A stretch of DNA of 64,000 nt from the human T2T-CHM13v2.0 reference genome, Homo sapiens. Below the pieces are notes generated by a model that saw only the letters and a list, made by a program, of their open reading frames with translations, made no database searches and was not told the DNA's origin. Below are positions 43,431 through 57,858 of this stretch, piece after piece (position 1 is the stretch's first letter; each line of letters opens with the position of its first letter). Made by a program: the position numbers and the translations under genes. The stretch is taken from assembly GCF_009914755.1 (NCBI RefSeq), contig NC_060945.1; one strand, 5' to 3'.

Positions 43431-44976
43431 AAACCTCTAAAATTCCCCTAAAATTATTCTCACATTTTAAGCTACTCTGATGTCCGTCCTTGGGAGTGGA
43501 TTCCTTCTACTTTTTATTCATGTCCTTTTGAAATCAGAAACCTTCCTAGGTAATTAGAATATTTCTTTAGCTGCTTCCTGGTTGAATATATGGATTACTT
43601 AGCCACTCCAGACTTCCGGTAGTGTTGGGAATTACCATGCTTTCCATGAAGATGTGAGCTTGCTGGGTATCATGTACGTTGGCAGACGCAGTGACGTATT
43701 TGAGAGTTTCACATGCCTCTTAACCTGTCTTTCCTCCCAGAACCGTGTGCTAACTCCTCATCAAAGACCAGAAGTAGATCCTGAATTGTATTCATTCTCA
43801 TCTCTTTCTACCTCCTCCAAGACAGAAGGACATGATTAACTTCTTTATCTCAATGTCAGCCTTCAATAGCTACAAAAGTCTAAACTGTAAATAGCGTTGA
43901 AGCTTTGCATAATAAAATTCTTTTCCCCAGTGATGGGCAGTTTTTCACATAGTAACATTCTTTTAATCTTTTTTTCTTTTTAATGAGTAGACATAAAGAA
44001 ATGCTTAAATAAATAATTATCAACTAACTTACCTACATTTAACTACACATACCTAACAGACCTGAATATAGGCAGAGGATGTGACATTTTACTTACCCTT
44101 TTATTAAAGTTACTGCTTCATTTATTGGTCTTTACTTCACTAATGCATCCATAAAATGTTTACATTTTTTTAAACAATAAAATACTCTTGAAATTAGTCC
44201 TTCTCTGTAATCACTACATAAAACTGCTTTAGAGACAGCCTTCAGATCAACTAAATTATATTTTACAAAATGGCTTAGGTATTTCAGTAGTAACTCTATG
44301 GAACAACAGAATTCACTGTTTAACCAGGGACCAATATTGGCAGCTGGCTTCCATAACTTGTTTGAGGAATGTAGTAATTCCAAGGTTGCTGCAAGGACTA
44401 ATGTACAGGAATATTCCTGTATTTTATGGAATAAAAAGGAAGAACGAGAGGAGAAAGAAATAGATAGTACATACCAACCCCAGAGGTAGGGAGTATGAAA
44501 ATCAATCAAGTAGCCAGAAGATGTAATGGAGCCATGTGGGTCTTACGTCAGTTCTCTTCCTTAGAGAACTTTGGATAATAGGGCAACAATATGCTCTGGT
44601 GGAAAAGAACTCAGGCCTTGAGAAAGCCTGAGCACTACAGTTTCTGAAGAATGCTCCTTTCATTAGGTGGTGTGGTGATGAATTGTAAAGGCACCCAGCA
44701 CAGTGCCTGGTTTACCATAGAAATCGGTTCTTTTTTCTTGAGAGAACAACAATTCGCAATAGCTGTCACTTAAGTGACCAGCATAATCCTGGCTTTGAGC
44801 TTGCCAGGGGCTGCCAGTTAGAACAATGGCTGTCAACCCCGTGTTATTTATTTAGATTTCCTAAGTAATGTTTTGCTAATAAAAGCTCCAAATTTGTGAG
44901 TGATTTACTCTTGTTTTATTTATTTAATAAAGTGGCACGATTTATTAATTTAATTAATTATTTAATTAATTATTAG

Positions 44977-45218
44977 CAGTGGCACAATCTCAGCTCACTG
45001 CAACCTCTACCTCCTGGGCTCAAGTGATCCTTCACCTCAGCCTCCAGAGTAGCTGGGGCTACAGGTGCGCACTACCATGTCCAGCTAATTTGTGTACTTT
45101 TTGTAGAGATGGGGTCTTGCCATGTTATCCAGGTTGGTCTTAAACTCCTGAGCTCGTGATCCACCCTCCTTGATCTCCTAAAATGCAGGGATTATAGGCA
45201 TGAGCCACTGTGTCTGGT
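44977..45218 (-). mobile_element. AluJ-like, 3' truncated
   Basis: Alu motifs. Confidence 0.82.
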
Positions 45219-45861
45219 TGATTTATTTTAATTTAAATAAAAGCAACTCGAGGTTAGCATCATATCAGGCTACTCTCAGTTGTATTCTAGTATCTCTCTT
45301 GAGTGTGGGAGTAAGGGATGGAGCTGTAGCTAGTTTGCTGAGAACTGGACAAAACCCTGACCACTCCCTAGGGCGTGTGCCTAGGATGTGAAAGATATGC
45401 CTCCTGTTTTCAGACGGCACCGTGCTTGGAAAGGCTGCTTGCCAGAGGTGTTGAAAGGATGCCACTGGGCTGGTCCTGCACAATGGAAGACCACATCACA
45501 TGCTCCAAGAGAGTCACTCCCCAGAGCAGCTGCAGGAAGCCACAGCTCTGTGGCCTGGGATCCTTGCCACACTGAATATTAGTGATAGACATTGGAGCCG
45601 AGGGGATCTTATGCTTCAAGGCAGCTGGATCTCTTTTTTACTGGTCAAATCATACCTAAGGATTGTCTTTCGTGTCCTAGAGACTTTGATGAGTAATTCA
45701 ACTTTTAAAATCCAAGTGAAGGCTGTGGCTAGAGAAGCATGAGCTAAACCTAAAATGAATGGGAACATTACAGTCTAACAAGCCTTGAGAATTCAGGTTC
45801 ACATTCCCTAAAGAAACAACATCCTGAATGATGAAACAAACACACAAACCAACCAACAATT

Positions 45862-46518
45862 TGTGATGTGAGATACCAAAACAGACACCCCTTTATCACC
45901 TAAGATGGACTGTAAGGTTAAGGAAACAAAGTTACCTACAGGGTTAGGGTTCGGGGACTGGCTGGCATGACCAATTTCTCAATTTCTATGGCTCTAAACT
46001 CCCTAATAATAGGAACTATCAGCCCCATCCTGTGATTTACAACCCAGACCACTACAACTCTAATTGGAATGAGGACCAGCCTTACAAACATTCTTTTCTG
46101 ATAAGCAATTGCAGACCTTAAGCCAGTGTCAGCCAGTTTATTAGAGGCTGTGCACAAACTGTCTTTGGGTCCTGTAGTTCACCTTTTGATGTAAAGAGCC
46201 AAATTTTACCTCATTTTAACACTAAAACCCTGCCCCAAAGTGTACATGGGATGTCACATACATATTTACCCATTGCACATGCACTCAGCTCCCCTCATAA
46301 ATATGTATATCTTTTCCTCCAAACCTGCTGAATATGTATGACTCCACTGTGTGAAACAGACCCTGTGAGGCATGAAACCCAACTGTCCTTCCTCTCTTTT
46401 GAAGAGAGACCACATTCAGCATACACCGAAGACTATGTCTTCCGGGTTTGCAAATTGATATTGCCAATAAAGCTCTCCTTTCTGTTATTTAGCCATCACG
46501 ATGGTCTTTTGAATGATA
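45862..46518 (+). mobile_element. ERV1 MER4-group LTR (MER39-like)
   Basis: LTR-like layout with TATA-like cataaata and AATAAA (gccaataaagc); subfamily uncertain. Confidence 0.55.
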
Positions 46519-46874
46519 AATTCACAAAAGCACCAAATCATTCAATATACAACGTTGTCCCTGAGCAAACACCCAACTTTATCCCTTAAATAACATTTTT
46601 GTCCCGTGTGTAATTTATTCAGTTAAATATAACTATTAGAAATGAAAGTGTTCAGTATTGGTGGATCAATAAAAAATTTTTATATTCTCACTTTGGGTGG
46701 GAATTAAAAAAAAACTGGTTCATTTGCTCCCATTAAGGAGCTAATGTTTATATGAGAAAAATATCTGGGCAAGAAAAAGAAAAGGCACAGTGAAAAAAGT
46801 ACATCAGTAAATACAATTTAGTATAAAGTATTTGTGCACATATATGTGAATTCATCAGAAGAAAAGTAAGGATC

Positions 46875-47280
<406 letters not shown>

Positions 47281-47488
47281 AAAAAGAAAATGAGAGTTAC
47301 AGACCTGTAGCGTTGGAAGGGTGAATAAGGGACCTTCAGAGGAGGTTTTTTGTTTTTGTTTTTTATCAGGGTATTTGATAACAACCATTAAGAAAGAAGA
47401 AAGGAGGATGTTCGAAGGAGAAACCATGTAAATACATCAAGAGTGTTCATGATGGGGGTGGTAAGTGGGAGTTAGCTATAGGAAGAGG

Positions 47489-47800
47489 TTTTTTTTTTTG
47501 TTTTTTTTTTTTTGAGACTGACTCTTGCTCTGTCACCTGGGCTGGAGTGCGGTGGTTTGATCTCCACTCACTGCAGCCTCCCCCGCTGCCCCGGGTTCAA
47601 GTGATTCTCCTGACTCAGCCTCCCGAGTAGCTGGGATTACAGGCACGCACCACCAGGTCCGGCTAATTTTTGTATTTTTTAGTACAGACAGGGCTTCACC
47701 ATGTTGGCCAGGCTGGTCTTGAACTCTTGACCTCAAGTGATCTGCCTGCCTCAGCTGCCTAAAGTGTTGGAATTACAGGCATGAGCCAGCACAACCGGCC
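47489..47800 (-). mobile_element. AluS, TSD aggaagaggt
   Basis: Alu motifs. Confidence 0.9.
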
Positions 47801-48291
47801 AGGAAGAGGTCTTAATGTTAGAAGACCTGAGGAATTTAGGTCAGATGGAATAGGCAGCAGTGGGCAATTAGTCACTACAGATTTACCAATCATGATCTGA
47901 CATTTTAACATTTCTAGAGGCTTGTCCACGGGGAAAGTATAGGGAGATTCAGAGGATGAAAAAGTTGAGATTGGGAAGAGAAGGAAGAAGAATGTGCCAG
48001 AGGTTCCAGGAATGAACATAGATAGGGTCTGTGAAAAGTTTGTGAAAAAATCACACAAGGACATCTTATTACTAATAAGGATGCCTAAGGATTACAGTGT
48101 GTCAGGCTGAGGACGTATACAGACGGGATCTCTGAATACTCATGAGTTGTATTGGGTTAACATTGCATGTCACAAATGAAGAGGTGAAAGAGTAAGGGGA
48201 AGAGAAAGGAGGGTTTGTACCCAGTTCTGTCTAACCTGGACACCTTTAGTGACAATGCTGAACTGCAAAGGAGAAAAAGTGATTTGAAAAC

Positions 48292-48612
48292 TTTTTTTTT
48301 TTTTTTTTTGAGACAGAGTCTCAGTCTTGCTGTCTTGCCCAGGCTTGAGTACAGTGGCGTGATCTTGGCTCACGGCAACCTCCGCCTCCAGAACTCAAGC
48401 TATCCTCCTGCCTCAGCCTCCTGAGTAGGGGTGGGATTGCAGGCACACATACACCTGGCTAATTTTTTTTTTTTTTGTATTTTGTATTTTTAGTAGAGAT
48501 AGGGGTTTCATCATGTTGCCTAGGCTGGTCTTGAACTCCTGGCCTCAAGTGATCCACCCGCCTCAGCCTCCCAAAGTGCTGTGATTGCAGGCATGAGCCA
48601 CTGCACCTGGCC
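48292..48612 (-). mobile_element. Alu (S/J)
   Basis: Alu motifs. Confidence 0.9.
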
Positions 48613-48935
48613 TGAAATCTTTTTTTTTAAATGAGGGAAATAATAAATTTAATGTTCATTTTGTAGGTGGAAATCAGAAGTACATGCAATAGGAATTAAC
48701 TTGAATATGATGCATAAAGTTTGAAGCAAAGGTGAGTGATAGATGAACATTGGTGATGTAACTCCGGAAGTTGTCTGTCATAACTGATGACTTATCCCCA
48801 TCATATGTGCTGAAAACTACTCAGATGAAGTTAACAACCTGATATTACAAAATAAGCATATATATTTTGTGTTTATAAGAACCTAATAATCATCTGGAGA
48901 CTTAGTACTTGGGGGGTGAGCTATAGATAGCCCTG

Positions 48936-49439
48936 TGTATCAGGGTTTTCCAAACAAACAGAACCAATGGGATATATATAGATATATAAAGACACTTCTT
49001 ATAGGAATTGGCTCAGGAGATTATAAAGGCCAAGAAGTTCCAATATGTGCCCCCTGCAAGCCGAAGAACCAGGAAATCCAGTGTAATTCTTGCATGTGAA
49101 GCTGAAGGGCTGAAGAGTGGCTGCTGGTATTGAAGGCTCAAGAACCTGGAGCTCTGAAGTCAAGGGCAGGAGCAGATGATGGATGTCCCAGCTTCAGAAG
49201 AGAGAGCAAATTTGCCTTCCTCCACCTCTTTTATGATTCCTATGCTCAGTTAATTGAATGATGCCCACTCACATTAGTGAGGATGGGTTTTTGATACCCA
49301 GTCTATTGATTCAAATGCTAATCTCTTCCAGAAATACTCTCACAGACTCTCCCAGAAATAATATTTTACCAGCTGTCTGGGCATCCCTTAACCCAGGATG
49401 GGCTAAGAGACAAGTGGACACATAAAGTTAACCACCATA
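48936..49439 (-). mobile_element. MLT2 (ERVL) solo LTR with 5-bp TSD ccctg
   Basis: tgtatcagggttttcca..acagaaccaatggga...gacacataaagttaacca. Confidence 0.82.
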
Positions 49440-49789
49440 CCCTGTAAATATGGTATGAGAAGGGATCGAGTCATATTTCATATCAAGATTATTTTCCAAT
49501 GCATAGATGCCTTGGAATAATACTTCTTATAAAATAATGAGTAACATTTTCTAGCACAAGTTCCAAACTGTGTACCATGGAACCCTAGCTCGGTCATATG
49601 TTGCTCGGTATTGCATGCATACCCGAAAAGAATTCTGTAATCAAGTAACTTTGAGAAATAAGAGGTTAAACAAAATTAAACAAATACCTTCACTTTAAAA
49701 TGCATACAATTCTTTAAGATGATAATCTGCATTTTGAATTTTAAAGAGGGTAGGTAGCTTCAGTATGTAGCATCACTCCCTCTCCCTAT

Positions 49790-50212
49790 TTCTTTTTTCT
49801 TTTTTTTTTTTTTGAGACATAGTCTCTCTCTTTTCCCCAGGCATGATCTCTGCTCACTGCAACCTCTGCCTCCAGGGATCAAGCAATTCTCATGCCTCAG
49901 CCTCCTGAGTGGCTGGGATTACAGGTGTGTGCCACCATACCCGGCTAATTTTTTTTTTTGTATTTTTAGTAGAGATGGGGTTTCACCATGTTGGCCAGGC
50001 TGGTCTTGAACTCCTGACCTCAAGTGATCCACCCACCTCAGCCTCACAAAGTGCTGGGATTACGTGCGCACACACCTAGCTAATTTTTGTATTTTAGAAG
50101 AGACGGGGTTTCACCATGTTGACTGATCTCGAACTCCTGACCTCAAGTGATCCACCTGCCTGGGTCACCCAAAGTGCTGGGATTACAGGCATGAGCCACC
50201 GCGCCTGCCTGG
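49790..50212 (-). mobile_element. Alu with a duplicated left arm (three-arm Alu)
   Basis: Two successive left-arm segments in antisense. Confidence 0.85.
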
Positions 50213-51283
50213 CACCTCTCCCCATTCCTTGTTTTTGTTTGCTGCACCAACTCCTAGTGTTGCACAAAGCATGCTTTAGGGAATGTGGTTTGGAAGCATT
50301 CGAATCAAACCCTTGAATTTTTTTAGACCCTTGTAGAAGTGAAGGTTTATAGTGTACATTTTTGTCAAAGCAGATGGGTTCTTTTCACTGAAAGTTGTTT
50401 TCACACATGACCTTGAAAATAAATTAATAAAAAAAAAGTAGAAATATTAGGCTGACAGACATTTTAAAGTAGGGCATAAGATGCCATAAAAAGCCTTTTG
50501 AAAGTTTAAAATAGGAGTTAAAGTGTGTGTTATATGGAAGATACCAGATTAGAGTCTTTGAATATTTATTATATAAATGTGCAAGTATATGACCAGCTTC
50601 TTCCCAGTTTGGGGGAGTAATGGGACGGCATTCAGTTCACATTTGAGACTGCTTCTCTTTAAATTTTCGTAAGTGAAAAGGAAGAAGGATCACTAAGTTT
50701 ACAAAGACAAGTCTCGGAATAAGACTTTCGTTCACTGTATTGCCTTTAATCATCTGGTGGGAGGGCCCTCAAGAAGTGGCCAAGGCCCTATGAAGATTGG
50801 TGAAGAGTTTCAAGGAGGAGAATTGAAGGAGACAGCTATGGGATTAATTTTGAGAGATGCCTTTGCTGAAATGTCTCATAAAATATACATGGAGAGCAAG
50901 GGCACAAGGAGACAGAGAACTCTCTCGGCCAAACAATAAATCAGAATTTCCATAGTTTTTCTCTGTTAGTCCTTATTGAAAAATTTGTCTACTGCTAATG
51001 GTGTCAAGTAGCCCTGCCAGCCCTCATTATTGTACCAAAAAGCAAAACGAGGAAAAGGTTTAGGGAGCTAGGTCTAAAAGGAATATCATTTCTGTTTCCC
51101 AACAATTAGTGAAAACAGATTCTGTTACCAAAATCTTGCAGAACCAAGGGTCCTAATACCCACTTTATTCTGGTGAGTTTGTCAGTCGATAAAAAATACT
51201 AACAGGCCAGGTTCTTTTCTCAGATAAACAGTAAAATAACATGGTTATAAACAGAAAAAAAATGGTGAAAACACAAATCTTGG

Positions 51284-54068
51284 TGTATTAGGCCATTCTT
51301 GCATTGCCAAAAAGAAATATCTGAGACTAGGTAGTTTATAAAGAAAAGAGGCCGGGTGCAATGGCTCACACCTGTAATCCCAGCACTTTGGGAAGCTGAG
51401 GTGGACAGATAACCTTAGGTCAGGAGTTCGAGACCAGCCTGGCCAACGTGGTGAAACCTCATCTCTACTAAAAATACAAAAATTAGCTGGGTGTGGTGGC
51501 ATGCACCTGTAATCCTAGCTACTCAGGAGGCTGAGGCAGGAGAATCACTTGAGCCTCAGAGCAGAGATAGTGCCACTGCCTTCCAGCGTGGGCCACAGGA
51601 TGAGACTCCATCTCAAAAAAAAAGAGAGAGAGATTTAATCAGCTTATGATTCTTCAGGCTTTGCAGGAAGCCTGATGCTGGCATCTGCTTGGCTTCTGGT
51701 GAGGCCTCAGGAAACTTACAATCATGATGGAAGGTGAAGGGGGAGTAGGGATGTCACATGACCAGACCGGGAACAAGAGAAAGCATGGTGCCACACACTT
51801 TTAAACAGCCAGATCTCATGAGAAGTCACTCATCACAAGGACAGCAACAAACAGATAGTGCTAAACGATTCATGAGTAATCCACCCCCATGATCCAATCA
51901 CCTCCTACCAGGTCCCGCCTCCAATACTAGGGATTACAATTCCACATGAGATTTGGGTGGGGATAAGTACACAAACTATATCATTCTGCCCCAGCCCCTC
52001 TCAAATCTCATGTCCCTCTCTCATTTCAAAATACAATCATGCCTTCCCAACAGTCCTCCAAGGTCTTGACTTGTTCCAGCATTAACTCAAAAGTCCAAAG
52101 TCCAAATTCCAAGTCCAAAGTCTCATCTGAGACTCATCTCTTTCCATCTATGAGCCTGTAAAATCAAAACAAGTTATTTACTTCCAAGATATAATGGGAG
52201 TACCAGCACTGGGTAAACATTCCCATTCCAAAAGGGAGAAATCAGCCAAAAGAAAGGGGCTATAGTCTTCATGCAATTTCAAAACCCAGCAGGGCAGTCA
52301 TTAAACCTTAAAGTTCCAAAATAATTTCCTTTGACTCCATGTCCCACATCCAGGGCACACTGGAGCAAGGGGTGGGCTCCCAAGGCTATCAGCAGCTCTG
52401 CCTCTGTGGCTTTGCAGCTGGGTACAGCCCTCATGGCTGCTCTCACAGGTTGTTGAGTGCCATGGCTTTTCTAGGCACAAGGTGTAAGCTGCTGGTAGAT
52501 CTGCCATTCTCAGGCCTAGAAGGCAGGGGCCCCCTTCTCACAGCTCTGCCAGGTCATGCCCCATTGGGGACTCTGTGTGGGGTCTCCAGCCTCACACTTC
52601 CCCTTGTCACTGCCCTAGTAGAGGTTATCTTTGGAGGCTCTGCACCTGCAACAAGTTTCTGCCTGGGCACCCAGGCTTTCTTGTACAGCCTCTGAAATTT
52701 AGGTTGAGGCTGCCAAGCATTCTTTAATCTTATATTCTGTGCACCTACATACATAACACTGTGTGGAAGCCTCCAAGTCTTATGGCTTGCATTCTCCAAA
52801 GTGGCAGCCCAAACTGTACCTGGGTCCCTTTGAACCGCAGCTGGAGCTGGAGTGGCTGGGATATGGAGAGCAGTGTTCCAAGGCTGTGCAGGGCAGTGGG
52901 GCCTTGGGCCTAGCCCACAAAACCATTCTTTCTTCCTAGGTCTCTGGGTCTGTGATGGAAGGAGCTGCTGCAAAGGTCTCTTAAATACCTTCAAGGCCTT
53001 TTCCCCATTTTCTTGGATATTACCATCTGGATTCTTTTTAGTTATGCAAATATCTCTAGCAAGTGGTTTGCTCTGCAACCTGCTTGGATTCTTCCCATGA
53101 AAATGGGCTCAGCTTTTCAACCACATGGCCAGCCTGCAAATTTTCCAAACTTATACGCTGTCCTTCCCTTTTAAATATGAGTTCCAGCTTTAAGTCACTT
53201 CTTTGCTCCTATATCTGAGTCGGGCTGCTAGAAGCAGCCAGGTTAATTCCTAAATGCTTTGCTGCTTAGAAATTTCTTCTGCCAGATACCCTAGGTCATC
53301 ACTCACAAGTTCAAACTTCCACACACCCCTGGGGCATGAAGAGAATGCAGCCAAGTTCTTTGCTAATGCATAGCACATGTGATCTTTGCTCCAATTCCCA
53401 ATAAGTTCCTCATTTCCATCTGAGACCTTGGCAGGCCTGGACTTCACTATTCATATTTCTGTCAGCATTTTGGTGACAACCATTTAACCAGTCTCTAAGA
53501 TATTCCAAACTTTTCCTCATCTTCCTGTCTTCTGAGCTCTCCAAACTCTTCCAACCTCTGCCCAGTTCCAAAGTTACTTCCATGTTTTCAGATATCTTTA
53601 TATCAATGCCCCCATTACTCAGCACTAATTTTCTGTGTTACATCGTTCTTGCATTGCTGTAAAGAAATACCTGAGATGGGTAATTTGTAAAGAAAAGAGG
53701 ACTATTTCCCTCACACTTCTGCAGGCTTTACATGAATCACAGTGCTGGCATCTGCTTGACTTCTGGTGAAGCTTCAGGGAGTTTTCAATCATGGTGGAAT
53801 GCAAAGGGGAAGCACACACATCACCTGGTGAAAGCATGTGATGAGCAAGAGAGAGAGAGCGGTTGGGGGTGTTGCCACACACTTTTAATGAGACCAGATC
53901 TCATGTGAACTCAGAGGGAGATCTCACTTATCACCAAGGGAGTGGCCCAAGGCATTCATGAGGGATCCACCTCCATGATTGAAACATCTCCCACCAGGCC
54001 CCACCTCTAACACTGGGATTATACCTCAACATGAGATTTAGACAGGGGCAAATATCCAAACTCTACCA
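51284..54068 (-). mobile_element. Full-length MST (MaLR) element: LTR 51284-51983 (Alu inserted at 51350-51623), internal 51984-53633, LTR 53634-54068
   Basis: Two related LTRs (tgtatta/tgtgtta..ttcttgcattgc...aaactatatca/aaactctacca), MaLR internal sequence, flanks cttgg/cctgg. Confidence 0.88.
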
Positions 54069-54284
54069 CCTGGTTTTCAGGTCATTCTAGAGCACTAGCA
54101 GCTACCCTGGCTTAAATCCTGAAAAGTATCAAATTTATGTGTTTTTGACCGACATAAGAAAACAGGTCAAAGATTTGCTTAGTCCATTGTACCATTTCTG
54201 CCTTAACTACTTGGGAGCTACTGGGAATTTTCTATTTTTAAAATCAGGTTGTATCAAGATTGTTTGGTGTTTTTCTTTTTTCTT

Positions 54285-54593
54285 TTCTTTTTTTTTTTTT
54301 TTTTTTTTGAGACGGAGTCTTGCTCTGTCGCCCAGGCTGGAGGGCAGTGACGCGATCTCCGCTTGCGGCAAGCCCCACCTCCCGGGTTCACACCATTCTC
54401 CTGAGCGCCTCAGCCTCCCGAGTAGCTGGGACTACAGGCATCCGCCACCATGCCTGGCTAATTTTTTGTATTTTTAGTAGAGACGGGGTTTCACTCTGTT
54501 AGCCAGGATGATCTCGATCTCCTGACCTCGTGATCCACCCACCTTGGCCTCCCAGAGTGGTGTGATTACAGGCGTGAGCCACTGCGCCTGGCC
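54285..54593 (-). mobile_element. AluY-like, TSD tgtttggtg(t/c)ttttc
   Basis: Alu motifs. Confidence 0.9.
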
Positions 54594-55127
54594 CTGTTTG
54601 GTGCTTTTCGACCAAAATCTCTAAACAACTCCAAAAGCCATAAACAGACTAAGCTAGAAAAAGGCAGACAAAGATATTAGAAACTAAGCTTGAGTAACTC
54701 AAGTCTTTAATGCTGTCTTACTAGTCTCAGTAATTCAGCACCTAGGAAACATCCACAGAAGACATTTTATCAATCAAAACAAAGAAGCTCGGGCAAGCAC
54801 AGTGATGTGTGCTCACTCATAGATAGACTTGTTTTTGAAATTAGTCTTCAGTGATATTCATTCAGTGTGAGATTTAGTCTCCATAAACCGAAGCACAACA
54901 CAACTTGAAGCTTTACTGGACCCTTGGGAGTGAGAAGCAGTTCTGTAATGTGTCTGTGATTAAGTAGCAGTTTCATCCTGATTTTTCAAGCTCAGAGCTC
55001 TCTACCCTTTCACATGCTTGAAGACAAGATGTTGGACAACTGGCCCAGAGGATGTTTTCCTCTCATTTCTGTAATCTTCTGATAAGGAAGGAACGATGTG
55101 ACTTAACATGACTCTCCTTCAATCTGA

Positions 55128-55490
<363 letters not shown>

Positions 55491-56713
55491 TGAAGTCTCT
55501 CTTTCACAACTCTCTTACAGTTCCTGTTAGTTGAGGAAAAAAAATCTGGAATTACAGTGTTTACAACTGAAAGGGATGAAGTAGTCATTTAGGCCAAGTC
55601 TTTAATTTGATGAGGACTTACTGGAGAGCCAGATAAATGAAGTCCCTTGCATATGGTCATATGAATATTTATTGGCAAAGCTTGGCCTTTGTCCTCCTGA
55701 CTTCCAGATCTCATTTCATCTTGTGGTGCTTCCAGCATCTGGCCACCTTGCTAGACCTGAGTCATAAAAGCAATGGGGCGCTAAGACCAGCCATACTATA
55801 GGAAGTGGTGACAGTTTCCTCATTTAAAGTTGGGTTGTCTTTCTAGAATCTTAGAGTTGGAACTCAACTCAGAAATCACCTGTTTGATCCTCCCACAAAG
55901 GCAGGTGTCTCTCTTGCAATATTCTTGAGACAATCATCTGGCTTCTGCCTCCTTATTTTCTATTATCGGGAGCCAGCTTCAGGAAATAAAACATTTCACT
56001 AGAATTTTTGTGTTGTTACATTTAGCTAAAATTTACCTTCTCTTCACTTCTGTCCTTACATCCCAACACTGCCCCATGCAGTAACACCAAATGCAAAGAC
56101 AGACTGTGCTTTCAACCACAGGGCACTCCTCTAGAAGTGTTAAAATACTTATCCAGTATTTCCTCAAGCTTCTCTTTTTTTCTCAAAGCTAAATATCTGA
56201 TTTTTCTAAACTGTGCCTTATAGGTTACAGTTGCTGGATCCCTTGTGATGCTGAACTTTGGATGTATTCCTTTTGGCAAAATGACTGTATCCTACTTATC
56301 CACCAATTTGACAGATATTTAATAAGCACCTACTAAGTTGCAGGAGATTTAAAAAATACAAGCATGTAAATAAGAAAATATACAAAGTGATATATAACAA
56401 TACAGGCTGTGGAGAAAAATTAAGCAGAGCAAGGGGAGATGGAAAATTTGTGTATGGTTAGGAGCTTGGGACCTTGCTATTCTATTAATACAGTGATCAG
56501 GAAAGGCCCCACTGATGTAGTGAGCTTTGAGCAAACAAGTAAAGGAAATGAGGGAGGAAGACTTGCAACTGTTTGGGGAGAGAGGATTTGGGCATAGAGA
56601 ATAGCTCCTGAGGCAGAAATAAGTCTGATGTGTTTGGAGAACAGCGAGGTGGCCCTTGAGGCTCCAGTGGAGGGCGTGAGTGGGAGAGTGGGAGGAAGTG
56701 AGGTCAGGGAGGT

Positions 56714-57093
56714 TGTTATGGGCTGAATGGTGTCTCCCCGGAATTCACATGTTGAAGCCATAAGCCCCAGAACCTCAGCACATGACTGTATTTCGAGATA
56801 ATGTCTTTAAAGACCTAAAATGAGGTCACTAGGGTGGGCCATAATCCAATATGACTGGTTTCCTCACAAGAAGAGGAAATTAGGACACAGATGGGCACAG
56901 GGGGAAGACCATGTGACGACACAGGGAGAAGAGAGCCATCTATAAGCCAAGCAGAGAAGCCCCCAGAGAAGCCAATCCTGCTGACACCTTCATCTCAGCT
57001 TCCAGCCTCCAGAATTGTGAGAAAATAAATTTCTGTTGTTTAAGGCATCCAGTCTCTGGTACTTTATTATGGCTGTCCTAGAAAGCTAACACA
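56714..57093 (+). mobile_element. MLT1 MaLR LTR
   Basis: tgttatgggctgaatggtgtc...aataaatttctgttgtttaag...ctaacaca; flanks gaggt/gaggg. Confidence 0.85.
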
Positions 57094-57505
57094 GAGGGGA
57101 AAAGGGCCAGATAGTATAAGACCTTGAAAACCATTTTAAGTTCTTTGAGCAGAAGGGGAGCCAGTGAGGGTTTCGGAGCAGATGAAGGTGATGACTGGGC
57201 TCGTATTTTAAAAGCATCACTCTAGCTTCTGTACTGAAAGCAGTCTATGGGGAGGCAAGGACAGAAGGAAGAAAACCAGGAGGAGGCTATTGCAGAAATG
57301 TACATGAGGGTGGAAGGTGGTGAGGAGAGGGAAGTTTTGGAATATATTCTGAAGTTAGAGCCAAAAGGATTTTCTGATGAACTGAAATTGTGATGTGAGA
57401 GAAAGAAAGGAGTCAAAGATGACCCAAGGCTTTTGGCCACAGCAACTTGGAGAACGGAGTTAACATTCATTGAGATGGAAAGAACTGTAGGAGCAGCGGG
57501 CTTTT

Positions 57506-57654
57506 TTTTCCTTCTTCAACTTTTAAGTTCAGGGGTACATGTGGAGGATGTGCAGATTTGTTACATAGGTAAACGTGTGCCATGGTGATTTGCTGCACAG
57601 ATCAACCCATCACATAGGTATTAAGCCCTGCGTCCATTAGCTATTTTTCCTGAT
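57506..57654 (-). mobile_element. ~150-bp L1PA 3' end with TSD ggagcag(c/t)ggg(c/t)ttt
   Basis: ttttaagttcaggggtacatgtg...gtaaacgtgtgccatggtg...tgctgcac. Confidence 0.88.
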
Positions 57655-57858
57655 GGAGCAGTGGGTTTTAAGGGGGAGGACCAAGAGTTCAGTATGGACA
57701 CATTAAGATTAAGATGCCTACTCATCTTTGAGTTTGAAATGCCAGCTAGGCTGTTGGATGCATGAATTTAGAATTCAGAGGAGTGGTCAGGGTAAGGATA
57801 CAGATGGTACTGAGTGAGATCACTTAGGGTGAAATGAGGACAAAAAGAAGGCTTTGGA

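Noticed and set aside
45361-45390. Short inverted repeat cctagg-N7-cctagg
   Set aside because: Too short to distinguish from chance in 64 kb.
52301-53882. ORFs up to 174 aa
   Set aside because: Decayed MST internal and LTR sequence, broken across frames.
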